NCBI RefSeq assembly: GCF_001194135.2
Contig: NC_068981.1
Location: 57,101,072-57,165,071 of the forward strand
Length of the DNA stretch: 64,000 nt
Direction: 5' to 3'
From: Octopus bimaculoides
Taxonomy: Eukaryota
The position numbers and the translations under genes are program-made. The stretch's first letter is position 1. The number at the start of each line of letters is the position of its first letter. Under the pieces are notes generated by a model, which was not told the DNA's origin, ran no database searches, and saw nothing but the letters and a program-made list of their open reading frames with translations. Positions 23,576 through 36,309 of the stretch are shown here, one piece after another.

Positions 23576-24451
23576 TTATAGTTAATAAAAAAAAAGAAAA
23601 ATGCGATATCTAACAATAAAATTGCTCCCTACAGCAATATCCAAATAATCGAATTTGTTATATATTAGTCATAGACAATGGGACAGTACCTTTGAGATCA
23701 ATGTTATTGATGTTCCACTTAATTTTTTTTTCCAGGAAAATTAAGGGTATGGAAGGAATTTTATAGGGTAGTATAAGCTTTGAAAAGGAACAATTTCCCA
23801 AAAATATTTAGTAGAAGACCTAAGGGATGCGCTACAAGTAGAAATGATGAGAATTGAAGAGAAAATCATTTGACTTTGATTAGATGTCATGTACAGCTTG
23901 TTAGTTTATATCCACACAAGTAGATGCAGTTGCACCAGAAAAAAAAAATTACATTTTATATTTTTGAGGATTTTACTTCCATTTAATCCTTTTTAATTTT
24001 TGCATAAATAATTTTGTCTCCCTTTTTTTTAAAGTCAACACTGCTAAATGACATATGCTATTGTTTTTCTTTTACACCATTTTCCTTCCCCCAATGACAA
24101 AAACAACATATTGAATTCCAAATAACTTCATTATCTAAACTTCCTTCTTTTAACTCCACCTCCATCTTCTTCCCCTTGCTTTTTCTTCTTTTTCCTCTTT
24201 TCATTTTTGTCATACCTATCTCTCTCATTTAATCTATAGTTCTCTCTTGTTCTACAGTACCTATCTCTATCTCATACTCTCCCCGTCCCTCTACACATAT
24301 CACACTCTCTTCGCTTTATTTCTTATTTCTTTTAGCTACTTTGTCTCTCTGTTACAACCATTCTCTCTTTTCTGACATTCTTTTTCGTTATAGTGGCATC
24401 CATAATTATGAGTTTAATTCACACACAGGCTGATGTTTCTTTCCAATACTT

Positions 24452-24498
24452 TGGTCTAGTTTTTTTTGTATGGTCTAGTTTTTTTTGTATGGTCTAGT
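24452..24498. repeat. 19-bp tandem repeat x2.5
   Basis: TGGTCTAGTTTTTTTTGTA repeated at 24452 and 24471, partial at 24490. Confidence 0.85.
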
Positions 24499-24709
24499 GG
24501 AGGAAGAGCAACATTCATGGCTCTTTTCAGGATATCTGTGACTGGTGTGAAGAAATTACTAAATGCTTGTAAGATTGGCCTCTGCTGATGGTTGAGTGAT
24601 GATGTTGAACCAGACAACAGGTCAAGCTTACCATCCCTAAACACAATGTTTGTCGCCTGTCGGTCTCTCTCTTTCTCCTCCCCCCTCTCTCTATATATCT
24701 ATCTATCTA

Positions 24710-24746
<37 letters not shown>

Positions 24747-25699
24747 NNNNNNNNNNNNNNNNNNNNNNNNNNNNNNNNNNNNNNNNNNNNNNNNNNNNNN
24801 NNNNNNNNNNNNNNNNNNNNNNNNNNNNNNNNNNNNNNNNNNNNNNNNNNNNNNNNNNNNNNNNNNNNNNNNNNNNNNNNNNNNNNNNNNNNNNNNNNNN
24901 NNNNNNNNNNNNNNNNNNNNNNNNNNNNNNNNNNNNNNNNNNNNNNNNNNNNNNNNNNNNNNNNNNNNNNNNNNNNNNNNNNNNNNNNNNNNNNNNNNNN
25001 NNNNNNNNNNNNNNNNNNNNNNNNNNNATATATATATATATATATATATACACAAAGTAAAGTTTCCTCAGTTTCTGTATACTAAATTTTACTCAAATTG
25101 CTTTAGTTGTCCTGGGTAGCAGACACTTGTCCAAAGTACTGCACAGAGGGAATATACCCAAGACCACTGCAAACCAAACATCTTAGCCACATTGTTGCTA
25201 TTGTTGTTATATATACTAACATTATACTGAGGTTGATTAACATATAAGAACCTTCAATAAAAGATGGCCTTTACTGTAGAGGAGCTGGAGGATATCGATA
25301 AAGATGGATAATGATGAGAGAGAGAGAGAGAGAAAGTGATGGATAACAATAGAGTTGAGTAATTATAAAAGAGATGTGAGGCTGTAAATAAAGAGTGACA
25401 TGTGGTAGAGAGGACGACTGCTTTAAGTAAAGAGCCTGGCAGTAGGGAGTTATTGGATATGGACAGGTCCTTCATGATGTTACAAAAGAAGTAGATTCAA
25501 AACGGTTGATGATAGAGGGAACTGAGCTTAGGTATGGCATTTTTCATTACACTGATGTTATAGAGCAATAAATAGGGGAGAGTGTGAGTAATAGATGAGA
25601 GAGTAATAAGGATAGGAGAGCACTGGACAGAGACTGCACAGGAACATAACAGGCAACAAAGACCCAAATAAAGGTATGTTATCCATCAAAACCTCCACT

Positions 25700-26560
25700 A
25701 CAATCATCATCATCATTATTTAACATCTGTTTTCCATGCTTTCATGAGTTGGCCTGCTTAATAGGAGCTGGCAAGCCAGAGAGCTGCATCAGACTCCTTT
25801 TGTCTGATTTGGCATGGTTTCTATGGTTGGATGCTCTTCCTAATACCAACCACTTTACTGAATTACCTTCCACTTTAATATCTATTTTCTTATGCTAACT
25901 CTGCATACCACCACTCATCATAGTTCTTTGTCATCTTCCTCATGGAGTTAAGTTTCTTAACAGTCCTCACCACTTGGTTCAACGTCTTCCCCTGTCTCCC
26001 TCTTCCACATGTTCCATCCACCTTCTCATGCTCAGTGCAATCTTCTCTCTTACATGCTACATCTGATTCCTCCTATATCCAGTGATTTTTTTTTTCTTCA
26101 TTTCTGCTCCATCATTAATGCATTACACATCCAGAACAAAATGCTCACCTCTTTTCTTTTTGTAGTCTTTGTAAATTCTCTATATTCAAGGCCTACATCT
26201 CATTACCATGCACCATCACACTTTGTAGACAAGCATCATACAAGCTACCCTTTACTCTGAGCAAGAAACACTTTGTTACCAGCAGAGGTGTAGTTCCATG
26301 AACTTTTCCACCTAGTTCTTACTCTAGCAACTATGTTTTCAGAACATCCACTCCCACAGCTAATTAGGTTGCCTGGGTAACAACAGCTATCAACCACTTC
26401 TAAACACCTGGTGCATCTGCCACATACAATGTCTACTTTCTTTGTCAGCCTACTTGTGATTGATTCCTCTACACTTGTGCATTCATAGTTTTCACTATAT
26501 ACACCATATGGAATTCTATCGACTTTTTTGTATATTCCAAACATGACCATTTCTCTGATA
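25700..26560 (-). mobile_element. Older RTE LINE 3' portion (degraded ORF2 plus (GAT)n tail)
   Basis: Minus translation ..VCGRC..LEVVDSCCYPG...VARVRTRW.. is homologous to the young copy; also CGRGRQGKT (GRGRP-like) and a family B-like tail ending in CATCATCAT. Confidence 0.8.
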
Positions 26561-27002
26561 ATAGCAGGGTCCTATCTTATTTACTACTTAATAATACATT
26601 TTTTGCTAAGTTTACTGTGAAGCCTCTAAATTTTAGGTTTTGTTTCCATATCCGGAATTTCTTCTTGAAATCTTCCACAGACATAGCCATTTATTATCTA
26701 AAATGAAGCCTGTCTAATCTCATGTTTAATGTTTTGATGATCAGCTTAGCTTTCCTAACAGTTTTTTTCCTCTTTGACACACAGTTTAACTACTGTTTCC
26801 ACAATCCATTAGTTTTAAATCTTTTTGTTGTATTGTTCTTCAGCTCTTATCAACTACACTTCCTCTTTTCTATCAATTATCTCTTCATCCTGAGATCCAT
26901 TTGTTTAAATATAAACTCATTTTAATCTTCATTTACTATATTCTTTTAAATTCTGATTAAGAGTAACTTATATTAGAACTGTATCCCATATTGGTTTCAA
27001 AT

Positions 27003-27232
27003 TCTGGCACAAAGCCAGCATTTTCTGGAGAGGAGATAAGTTGATTACATCGACCCCAGTGCTCACTGGGACCTATTTTATCAACCTTGAAAGGATGAAA
27101 GGCAAAGTCAACCTTGGTAGAATTTGAACTCAGAATGTAAAGACGAACTAAATGTTGTTACGACAGACTAAATGCTGCTAGGACAGACTCTACGCATTTT
27201 GACTGATGTGCTAACAATTCTGCCAGTTTTAC
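27003..27232 (-). mobile_element. tRNA-derived SINE family C, with internal ~20-bp triplication
   Basis: The minus strand reads CTGGCAGAATTGTTAGCAC...TTCTGAGTTCAAATTC...GTTGACTTTGCCTTTCATCC...CTGGGGTCGATG; GAC..ACTAAATG units repeat at 27143-27190. Confidence 0.7.
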
Positions 27233-28984
27233 AGCTGCATCCCATATTATTGGGATAAATGCATAGAGGAAAGAAAAACCTTAAAACAAGTCAAGATAGA
27301 GTGGCTTGAGGAGATTTTACTGCTTTTCCTTGCTGATCACTTGATCACATAGAGACACTCTCATTGGCTTGAATGTTTGGTACATAGTAATAGACTGTTG
27401 TTTGATATGTAGACTGTTCATAGTCTACATATCATAAGTAGTAATAGATTACTTATGCTACTCTGCTGCAACCTGAAATATAAATCTAACAAAATGATGG
27501 TATACGTATCTATTGTCTTATTTTAAAACAGTTATATTTTATATTCCAATACTCATCAGGTTATTGCAATTAAAATAAGCTTGGAGATAAAAGTTAGTTT
27601 TAAGTCAGGTCAGGTAGTACAGGAGTCAATCTGTTTTATGCTCAATTTCTGAAGTAATCTTCTATCAGGTGGTGTTGTAATATCAGTTACTTTCAGAACT
27701 CCCAGATCTATACAACAGAATATCTAGATTTAGGCAGTCAAAGAGTATGTATACTAAGCCCACACATAATCAGAATTGGGTATTAGCATAACAAATACAC
27801 CAGTTTTATGATAGTGTAGCACTGATAACAACACTATGTAGTGATATTGGTGATGCTAGAGGTGGTGAGGATGATGTGATGCATAATTGAAATATAGTGC
27901 ATATATGTATTCTCAGTAGAATTCAACCAAGAGCAGATTAAAATAGAAGTCATTAGGCTAGATATCTCTTACATTTCTTTTCCCCTGCGGTAAAACACCT
28001 TTGGGCGATATGGAAAGCAAAAACAAAAAGAAAGAAAGAAAGACTTAATATATGTAATTACTATTTTGGAATTGTATTTTGTTGTTAGTTTGAAAATAAA
28101 AGATTATTTTGTCTCTGAAACAGTCAATTTATGTTTCTTTTTCTCCTTACATTTGAAAGTTATATGTGTAATGGGTGGAGTGGTAGTATATAACATTGAA
28201 GTGGATTGCTTACTGTCCATTTATATATTCATGCATAAAACAATACAGAATTGATTAGCTAAGTAAAAATGCTAACATAAATGCAAAGGCAGAAATTTGG
28301 TGCTTGAATATAGTCAACAGTTATAATAACCTATTACTTAACTGGTATTTATCCAATTTCTTCCATCAGGAAAATTGATCTTGGTAGAATCTGAACTTAC
28401 TCAAAAATGACAGCAAAATAACTGCTCTTGTGATTCAATATTTCCTAAATTTGAATTTTAGAATTTTTTAGTTCAAAATTCATTCTATTGAAAATTAAAC
28501 TCATTTTGCCATAATGGTTATACAATTCTCTCAGGTCCATTGAAGGACTTCAACTCAACACTGCTAAGGAAATGCTCATTAATTGTTCAATGCACCTGAT
28601 GTTCACAGCAGTGCACTGAACTTGTGCATGGTACATATTATAGCTTTGTGGATTAGTTCAAGGAGAATTAAACATGATGGTGAAATATGCAGCTCAGTGT
28701 TAGTTGGTGATAAGGATTCAATACATTGTCTTTAGGATAGTGATCTTTTAATCTTTCATGTTACCAGTTTGCACTGATATACAAATTCCAGTTTGAAATT
28801 AAAAATATTATATTAAAGGCTAACACTCTGAAAATAACATGATACAGGTTTGTTACATTTAATATCATACCACCTCACTTCTCCATTCCATAATTAAGAA
28901 TGACAACAAAAGAGAATTTTTCCTTCTATTCTTGTTGAGTGCTGGCATGATTGTATGTTTTAGAAGTTTATTTTGCAATTATGG

Positions 28985-29078
28985 TTGATATCTTCTACTG
29001 TAGCTTTGGGTCAACCAAATACCTTAAAGTGGTATTTGGTAAAAAGAGACTGGGATAAAGCCCATTCTATATCTATGC

Positions 29079-29110
<32 letters not shown>

Positions 29111-29285
29111 ATCAATGAGTATCAAGAAGGCAACTTGACCATATAATATATACAAAGAGAGAGAGACTGATAAAATAGATACCAGACTAAAAATAAACAC
29201 TGAGGTTGATATGATTGACTACTGCCTTTGAATGTGGTGCCTCAGCATGGTCTCACCCCACTGACTGGAATCAGTAAAAGAATGA
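28985..29285 (+). mobile_element. Family A SINE, highly degraded
   Basis: TCTTCTACTGTAGC..GGGTCAACCAAA, internal (TG)n, GTGCCTCAGCATGG..ACTGACTGGAATCAGTAAAAG. Confidence 0.6.
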
Positions 29286-29471
29286 AATGTAAGGGCAGTA
29301 TTTGAATCTATTCTGTACTACTATTATAACTCAAGTCTTTTCTATGCATCTGTTTGAGAAAATGCTTCTATTTCATGGTGTTTTTCATTTTTTTTACCTA
29401 AGTTATTGCTCACCCAACATATGTCCATATAACCTAGTAACAAGGTAGAACTTCCTAATTTCAATACTCAC

Positions 29472-29789
29472 CAAAATGGGCAATGAAGTTGTCATTGAAG
29501 TAAGCAAACTGGATAAAACTAGAGGCACTAAATTTGGTTTCTCGTTGGATGCATTTGAATAATATAGACTTTCATATTGTATTGTAAAGAAAAATAACTT
29601 TTCAAAATTGTAGTAATGAAACTATACCAATTAGGAAAATTTTATTATAACAAGCTGCTTAACTTTTATCAAAGCTTTTTTACTTACCGGTGATGTATTT
29701 TCAATTTTTGTGGGTTTTTTCTCTTTTCCCCAAAATCCTTTATATAAGGATTTCAGTCTCCATATTACTTTTAGTTCAATGCTCAGTTT
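29472..29789 (-). CDS. Candidate pair of phase-0 coding exons (29688-29789 and 29472-29621) of an unidentified gene
   Basis: Donors CG|GTAAGT (29688) and TG|GTGAGT (29472); 66-nt intron ending TTCCTAATTGGTATAG; the joined frame is open for 84 codons. The first acceptor is weak and the product is not recognised. Confidence 0.3.
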
Positions 29790-30599
29790 CTACTGATTTT
29801 CTGTGTGCAGGTGTGTGAAGGTGTTTTGTTTATTCAGTATTTGCTGCTAATAGCAAGATGGAAACCATGGTTATTACATGATTAAAATATAAATCTTTTA
29901 GCTATTTAAACTAGTACAGATATAGAGGTAATATTTTAAATATCATATTAATTGACTTTGTGTAGGCTCTGAGACTTCACTTATAAAATAGTATCTATTT
30001 GGGGAAAGAAAACTAATCAAGTAGATAATATACATTTCAGCCCAATATTGCAAACTGCTTTCTCATCCACATGAAGAAAGATTGTGAAATCTGAGTGATG
30101 TACAAGATTCTATAGAGTGGAAAATCAGACTCTGTTTTTATTTGTACTCATGAATTTAGGATATTAATTCTGTGATAGAAGATTTAATTAACCAACAGAA
30201 GGATAATATTTTGAACATATGTAGTTTGAGGTTGTCAAATGATTTATGTCACAAATAAATATACTTTATCTGTTTTATCTTTATGAATTAGTTTATTTGT
30301 GTGTGGTAAGGGTTGGGTGGGTGTTAAAAACAAATATAGAACTTTAAAAAGTTTTTACTCGTTTCACATTTGTTGTTCAGACTTTCTAGGCAGTCATTGG
30401 ATTAGTGGAAAACAAGGTTATACCAAAGACGTTATTTAGTCCCAGACTAGCTGTAATCAGGTGGACTTATTTATGATCAATGACATTCTAGATGTGACCA
30501 ACTTGTCTTTTTTGTATATTAAGCATAGTTTAATTAAGACTACATCATTCAGTGAGATAATAGGGTACAGTCTGAGGGAGATGCAACTGCTATTTTCAA

Positions 30600-31283
30600 C
30601 ATAGAGTCTCCTTCACTTTTCAATTATTGTTGCTAAGAGAAATGGACTAAATTTTCATTATCATCAACAAAATGTATCATCAGATAGTGAGTTGTTAATT
30701 GTGTTAGAATACTACTTATGAGTAAACCAACATTGAAGGAAGGAAAGTATTCACTTTTCAGTTTTAGTACAGTTGTCAATGCATTGAAATATCATTTTAG
30801 AGGAAACTTCAGAAGTGAAGACAAGGCTCCTTCATGTGTTTCTTGACGTGATGGTATAAGTGTAAAATGATTTCACTGAATATTGAAGTGATAGCAATGA
30901 AAGTCATTGATGTAGGCATGTGAATATAACATAGATTGAGAGAATTTGTGTTGTCATGGAAGAATCATTAAAACGTGGAAAACAATGCCTTGGAGTATTT
31001 TTTCTGGATCTCTGTGTATTGTCAAATCCCAATAGGGATCAGCATTGCCTGTTGTTCTTTCAGAGTCAATAAAATAATCAGTCCAGGACAGTGGGCTGGT
31101 GGAAATGGTCAGAGTCTTTTATAGTTGTTCTTGTTAATGTTTTGAGTTCTTGGGTGCAGATTTAATCCATTGCCCAGCTTAACACCACCACCTGGTCCAT
31201 GAGTGCATATAGTATAGTTCTATGCCAGATGCATTCAGGCAAGTTCTCTTGTTTGAGGATAATTTCCTTGCTTTCTGCCAGTT
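30600..31283 (-). pseudogene. Disrupted protein-like segment, paralogous to 32575-32800
   Basis: GNYP...THGPGGGVKLG motif shared with the neighbouring ORF; protein-like continuation (SWTDYFIDSERTTGNADPYWDLTIHRD) with stops and frameshifts. Confidence 0.4.
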
Positions 31284-31374
31284 ATATATATATATGTATA
31301 CATGTATATATATGTATACATATATGAACCCTGAGTTAATAATGTATACATATATGATGTGTTTTATCAATGTT

Positions 31375-31560
31375 ATTGCTAGCATGATTTGAACAGTTTG
31401 ACTGGGTTGGCAAGCTGGAAGGCTGCACCAGACTCTTAGTCTGATTTGGCATGGTTTTCTATGGGTGGATGCCCTTCCTAATGCCAGCCACTCCGAGAGT
31501 GTAATAGGTGTTTTTACGTGTCACCAGCACGGGTGCCATTTGCGTGACACTGGGGTGTGT
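31375..31560 (-). mobile_element. Family B-related RTE tail, older subfamily
   Basis: GTCTGATTTGGCATGGTTTTCTATGGGTGGATGCCCTTCCTAATGCCAGCCACTCCGAGAGTG. Confidence 0.8.
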
Positions 31561-32574
31561 TTACAAAATAATCTTGCTACCAATAACATTAGCAATTAAG
31601 ATTAAAAATAATTATTTGAATTTAGGTTGAGATGGTTTTGGCAGGTAAGGATACTGTAAAGATTCTGTACCACCAATATAATTCTATTTTACACTAAATT
31701 ACAAATTTACTTAAAATGTTTTCTGGTTACTACAGATAACTGTTATGAAAAATAACATTCTATTTACTTTTTAATTCACTCACTACACCTTGTTGGTAAA
31801 GTTCCACATCATTTCAGACATTTCAAAATTTTTATAATTAAATTTCACTTTTTTTTAAAATATGCTTTTGATCACATATTTGCACATGTTAGAGGAATTT
31901 TTCATTCCTTTTTCTTTTAAGAAGCAGCTATGTTAATAAAGCAAACAAAAAAACACTAAAAACGATTAAAAAAACTCAGTCGTACATAAATTCAAATGAA
32001 AAATGAATAAATGAATAAAAACCGTGTATGGTTTGGCAATATTGACAAGTTAAACATAATATTGTACAATGTAGCTAGACAATATCAATAGTTGCACTCA
32101 GATGAATTGATTGATACCAATTGAACATGAATTTATATTGAGTGCCTTGATTTCAGCAATTAGTGTTTAATCCATTTTCAGAGTGAACAATTTACCAGCA
32201 AATCAAAGCTAATTAATAGCAAAGGTTAAATGTATTCATATAAAACACTGAACTGTGTGAAGCATTCAAGGAAAAAATTGAATTTAGGTTCAGAAATTTC
32301 AAACAACTTTGAAATTATTATGTTCAAATACTTGTTGAGTTGGCAAATATCTACAAAATCCATTATATTTAATTAGATAATTGCGATAATTTATATTAGT
32401 GAAATGCATTCATGTTTACATACGCACATACAACTTAACACACATGTACTCACACACGAGCATATTAAAGGTTCACTAAACACACTTCAAATTTTATTAT
32501 TTGCTATTACTGTGTAATGAAATCATTTTATTAAAATATATTTTTTCAATCCTTAATCTAATTTTTTCATGTAT

Positions 32575-32799
32575 ATTAAATGTGAAAACCTCATATATTG
32601 AGTCCATTAAAGGCTTGTGGGTGTAATTTTTTGAGACGGGATCTGCCATTGGAGAGACCAAGGTACCCAGTTTAACACTACCACCTGTACCTTGGTTGTC
32701 TTTAGCATATTGATGACTCAGGTCTTCAATGACAGGATAACTTCCTCCACTGAATCTGAAGGGCTCTGTAAAAGGTTTTGGCAACTGTCCATCATCCTC
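32575..32799 (-). CDS. Candidate coding exon or ORF fragment of unknown family
   Basis: Open frame EDDGQLPKPFTEPFRFSGGSYPVIEDLSHQYAKDNQGTGGSVKLGTLVSPMADPVSKNYTHKPLMDSIYE; more GC-rich than the flanks and non-repetitive; splice sites not clean. Confidence 0.4.
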
Positions 32800-32997
32800 T
32801 CACAAAATCATAATATAAATTTAAAAACTTTATCTATTGAATCTTAACTTCAGTTTAGAAGCCAAAGAAGTCAATATGCTGAGTTGGTAAAAATCATTTA
32901 TAAAAAAAATAAAAGAATCAGTATGTTTAACTAATTTCAGCCTGGAATCTACAATGATCTAAAGAGAGATACTTTTTTCATTATTGTCAAAACTCTT

Positions 32998-32998
32998 G

Positions 32999-33035
<37 letters not shown>

Positions 33036-33240
33036 CCATCATCACTTAACACCATTGTTCCATTGCTGTCAAGGGTCAAATGGTTTGACAGGATCCGAGA
33101 GGCTCAAGGACTGCATCATGCTCCACTGTTTACTTTGGCATGGTTCCTATAGTTGGATGACATTCCTAAAGCCAACCACTTTACAGTGTACACTAGGTGC
33201 ATTTTTTCATGCCACCAACACTAGTGAGGTTGTCATGAGA
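32998..33240 (-). mobile_element. Old RTE-tail element ending in a long (GAT)n run
   Basis: (CAT)n at ~33000-33045 followed by a reverse-complement family B-like tail (TTTGGCATGG..GGATGACATTCCTAAAGCCAACCAC). Confidence 0.75.
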
Positions 33241-34849
33241 TTGATTGGGATGGAGCAGGAAAAGATAAAAACAGCAGTGATGAAGTAGCTATGAGACCCT
33301 CAAGGCTGGGTAGTGGGGCAGAAAAACCAGGACTGTAAATGTGTAAAGTTGCAAGACTGTGGGGAAGAATGGATGATGGATTGGGCAGTGAATATAATGA
33401 ATGAAAAACAAGTGTTGAGTGGATAATAAGTAGGGGAAGTAGGGAAGAGTAGTTGAGATTGAATAGGGTTGGGGGTTTTAATGTAGTGAATGGTGGAGAA
33501 GGGGTATATCTATTTAGTTTAAATTTTTGTGGTGTTTCTATTAATTAATTCAGCTATTAGCATCACTTTTTGTGTAATTGTTTTAATTGATTCTACAAAT
33601 ATTTTCAGCTACAATATTTTTTACGTTTCTACATATTGAATTAGGATTAAATGAAAGAGATGTTATGAGAAGGTGATTGTAAAATATACCCATCAAAGTA
33701 CAGTGCAGTTGAATACACAAAAGATGAAATTAATTAATAATCTAATGAATTTTTGTGATTATATTATAGAATAATCTAAGAATCTCTTTTCATTAACACC
33801 CTGTGTGGATGTGTCTGTAAACATATTTACTTGGACTAATTTAATATTAAGAAAGTATATAAAATACATGTCATTCTAAGTGGACCATCTGCCTTAATGC
33901 TGTATAGTTCTAAATTTATGATCCACATCATGTAAAATGTCACAACAAATCAGTCCTCCTTAGAACATTTAAATATCACTATGTGTCCAGAGGACTGGTG
34001 TGCTTTTACAGTAATGCTACATATGCCTCATACACAACTGGAACTGCTAAGTAGAAGTTAAAATGTCAGTTGTTTAGAAGAAATAGATTCTTGAACCAGT
34101 AATAATGCTGAATTAAGGTAAATTTTAAAATATATTTCAGTTACTCAGATAATCTCTGAAGACTTGTCACTTAAGTTACTGTTGCATTTATAATAAAACT
34201 ATTGTTTCAAGCTCAGTTATCTTCTAACCAATATTATTGTTGCTGTTGTCTAAGGTCGGTGTTGACTTGTGATGAAAGGCATTCTAGCTATAGCTGTTCT
34301 GTCTTTGTGTCAATTATTTTGTGCATTGAAGACTATAAATTTACAATGTGCCCTTCAGTTTTTTAAGACAATAGAGTATGAGATGAGAAAGATTTTGCTG
34401 TTATTTCTAGCTGATCGAACAACCACATTGTCTCTGTTGTTAGCTTATTTGCATCTTAGCAGCAGCTAGGAATATAAATGTGAATTATCTTGATCTATAT
34501 TCTTCCTTGAATTCTAAGCTAGAGAAGAGTATGTGGTATATATCGAAATTTCAAAGGCACTGTCTTTCTGAATGAAACAAAAGCTTACAATAACCATTTA
34601 CTGACAAAACATTCACCTTGCTTCAGTTATTTTGAGTAGCTATGAACTTGACTCCAATGGGATGAGGTGAACAGCTTAGTCATCATCATCAGAAGAAGAA
34701 AGACAGCAAAGAGCACCCATTGACTTTCGTGCAGAGCCTTCATGATAAGTTATGAAAGGAGAGGAAGGAATAAACCATAGCTCATGGATTATTTGCTGAC
34801 CAAAAACATTGTCTTGTATCATGTAACTAAGTGGATACACAGTTGCATT

Positions 34850-35115
34850 GTTGCGAAGTTTACAACTTCTTGATTCTAAGTTCAATCCCAATGCATGGCA
34901 ACTTGCAAATATTTCAAGTATGTTCTACCATAGCCTCAAGCTAAACCAACGACTTGTGAGTGAAATTTGTTGGCTACTGTAACTTCGCAGTTTGTCAAAA
35001 GGAATCGATAGAATAAGTACCAGGCTTTAAAAAATAATACTGGGATCGATTTGTTTGACTAAAATTCAAGAGAGTGCCCCAGCATGGCTACGCACTAATG
35101 ACTGAAACAAGAAAA
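34850..35115 (+). mobile_element. Family A SINE, degraded
   Basis: CTAAGTTCAATCCC..TTCTACCATAGCCTCA..CTTGTGAGTG..GATAGAATAAGTACC..CCCCAGCATGGC..ATGACTGAAACAAG. Confidence 0.7.
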
Positions 35116-36217
35116 AGATAAGCAATAATATCAAAAGGACTCATTTCTGTGGCTTCAGCTTCTATTTAGATTTACTTTTAATGTCATTTGAAGCTGTGTA
35201 GAAGCAAAAATTAGTTTTGATTCAGCCTTGGAAATAAGCTGTAAATATATGACTCTTTAATCCAGTTCCTAATATTCATTGAGTCAGATATAAATCCATT
35301 TTCATACAACATTGAAATATTTGTTATGATATTTGGAATATACTTAAAATTTAGTGATCTCATAAAGCTGATACAATTTATTTTCATGAGAATATATATT
35401 TTTTTGTTCAGATTTCTCTAAGTACATATTTCATATATTGATGCACATATCCATTGTCATACAATTCACTTTACTTTATGACCTAAGACACTCCTCTGTT
35501 ATAAAGAGAGTTGATTTTATTATACAATCTTTCTATCTCTTTCTGTTTGGGCGTTGCTTGTTAAGATGTCATAGTATCCCTGGAGAAGCTACATTTCAAG
35601 ATAAGAGGGGAATAGTAGCTGCAACATATATATATCTGTCTTAGAGCATTTGGGATTTAGGTAAATGAAAACTACTACTGTAAGTAATTAACAGGTTCTC
35701 ACCTCTTCTCTGTACTGGTGCTATACATTCCTTCCAGTGTTTCATGGAAGCATTTGAGCTCTGGATTACTAACTAATGAAATACTTCTATCAAAGCTTCA
35801 AGTGCTTACTTTTATGAGTTGTGACTTCTGGAATCTATTTAAAGCTAGGTAGACTGCATTCACCAGGAGAGCTCTTCATTGATGATGATAAATCCATATA
35901 TGCTATAGTAAGCTCCATTTCGCTATATGACATAATCTATGTATATATTGATGTTTCATTGGGAACAACACTCTGATGCACTATATGATAATGTGTGATA
36001 AATATATGATTTGCAGAAAATTCCCTTTATAAATATATATCCAGTCAGATAATGTATTTGAAAAAATCCTAATTTACTATATACCATACAACTGATGTTT
36101 ATTATGGAAGAAATATTGATATTATATTGTCTTATTTGTGAACATAAAATTTCAATACAAAACATTTTAAACTATTTTATAGTTACGTATTTCATTAAAT
36201 ATTATTGGTACGTAAAT

Positions 36218-36269
<52 letters not shown>

Positions 36270-36309
36270 CCACCCCCTCCCACCACACACACACACACAC
36301 ACACACACA

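Noticed and set aside
34676-34891. Minus ORF ending SSSDDDD
   Set aside because: The start lies in a degraded SINE head and the acidic end is a (CAT)n run.
35704-35900. Minus donor AG|GTGAGA with upstream short open frames
   Set aside because: Would need a 37-nt intron or has in-frame stops; unsupported.
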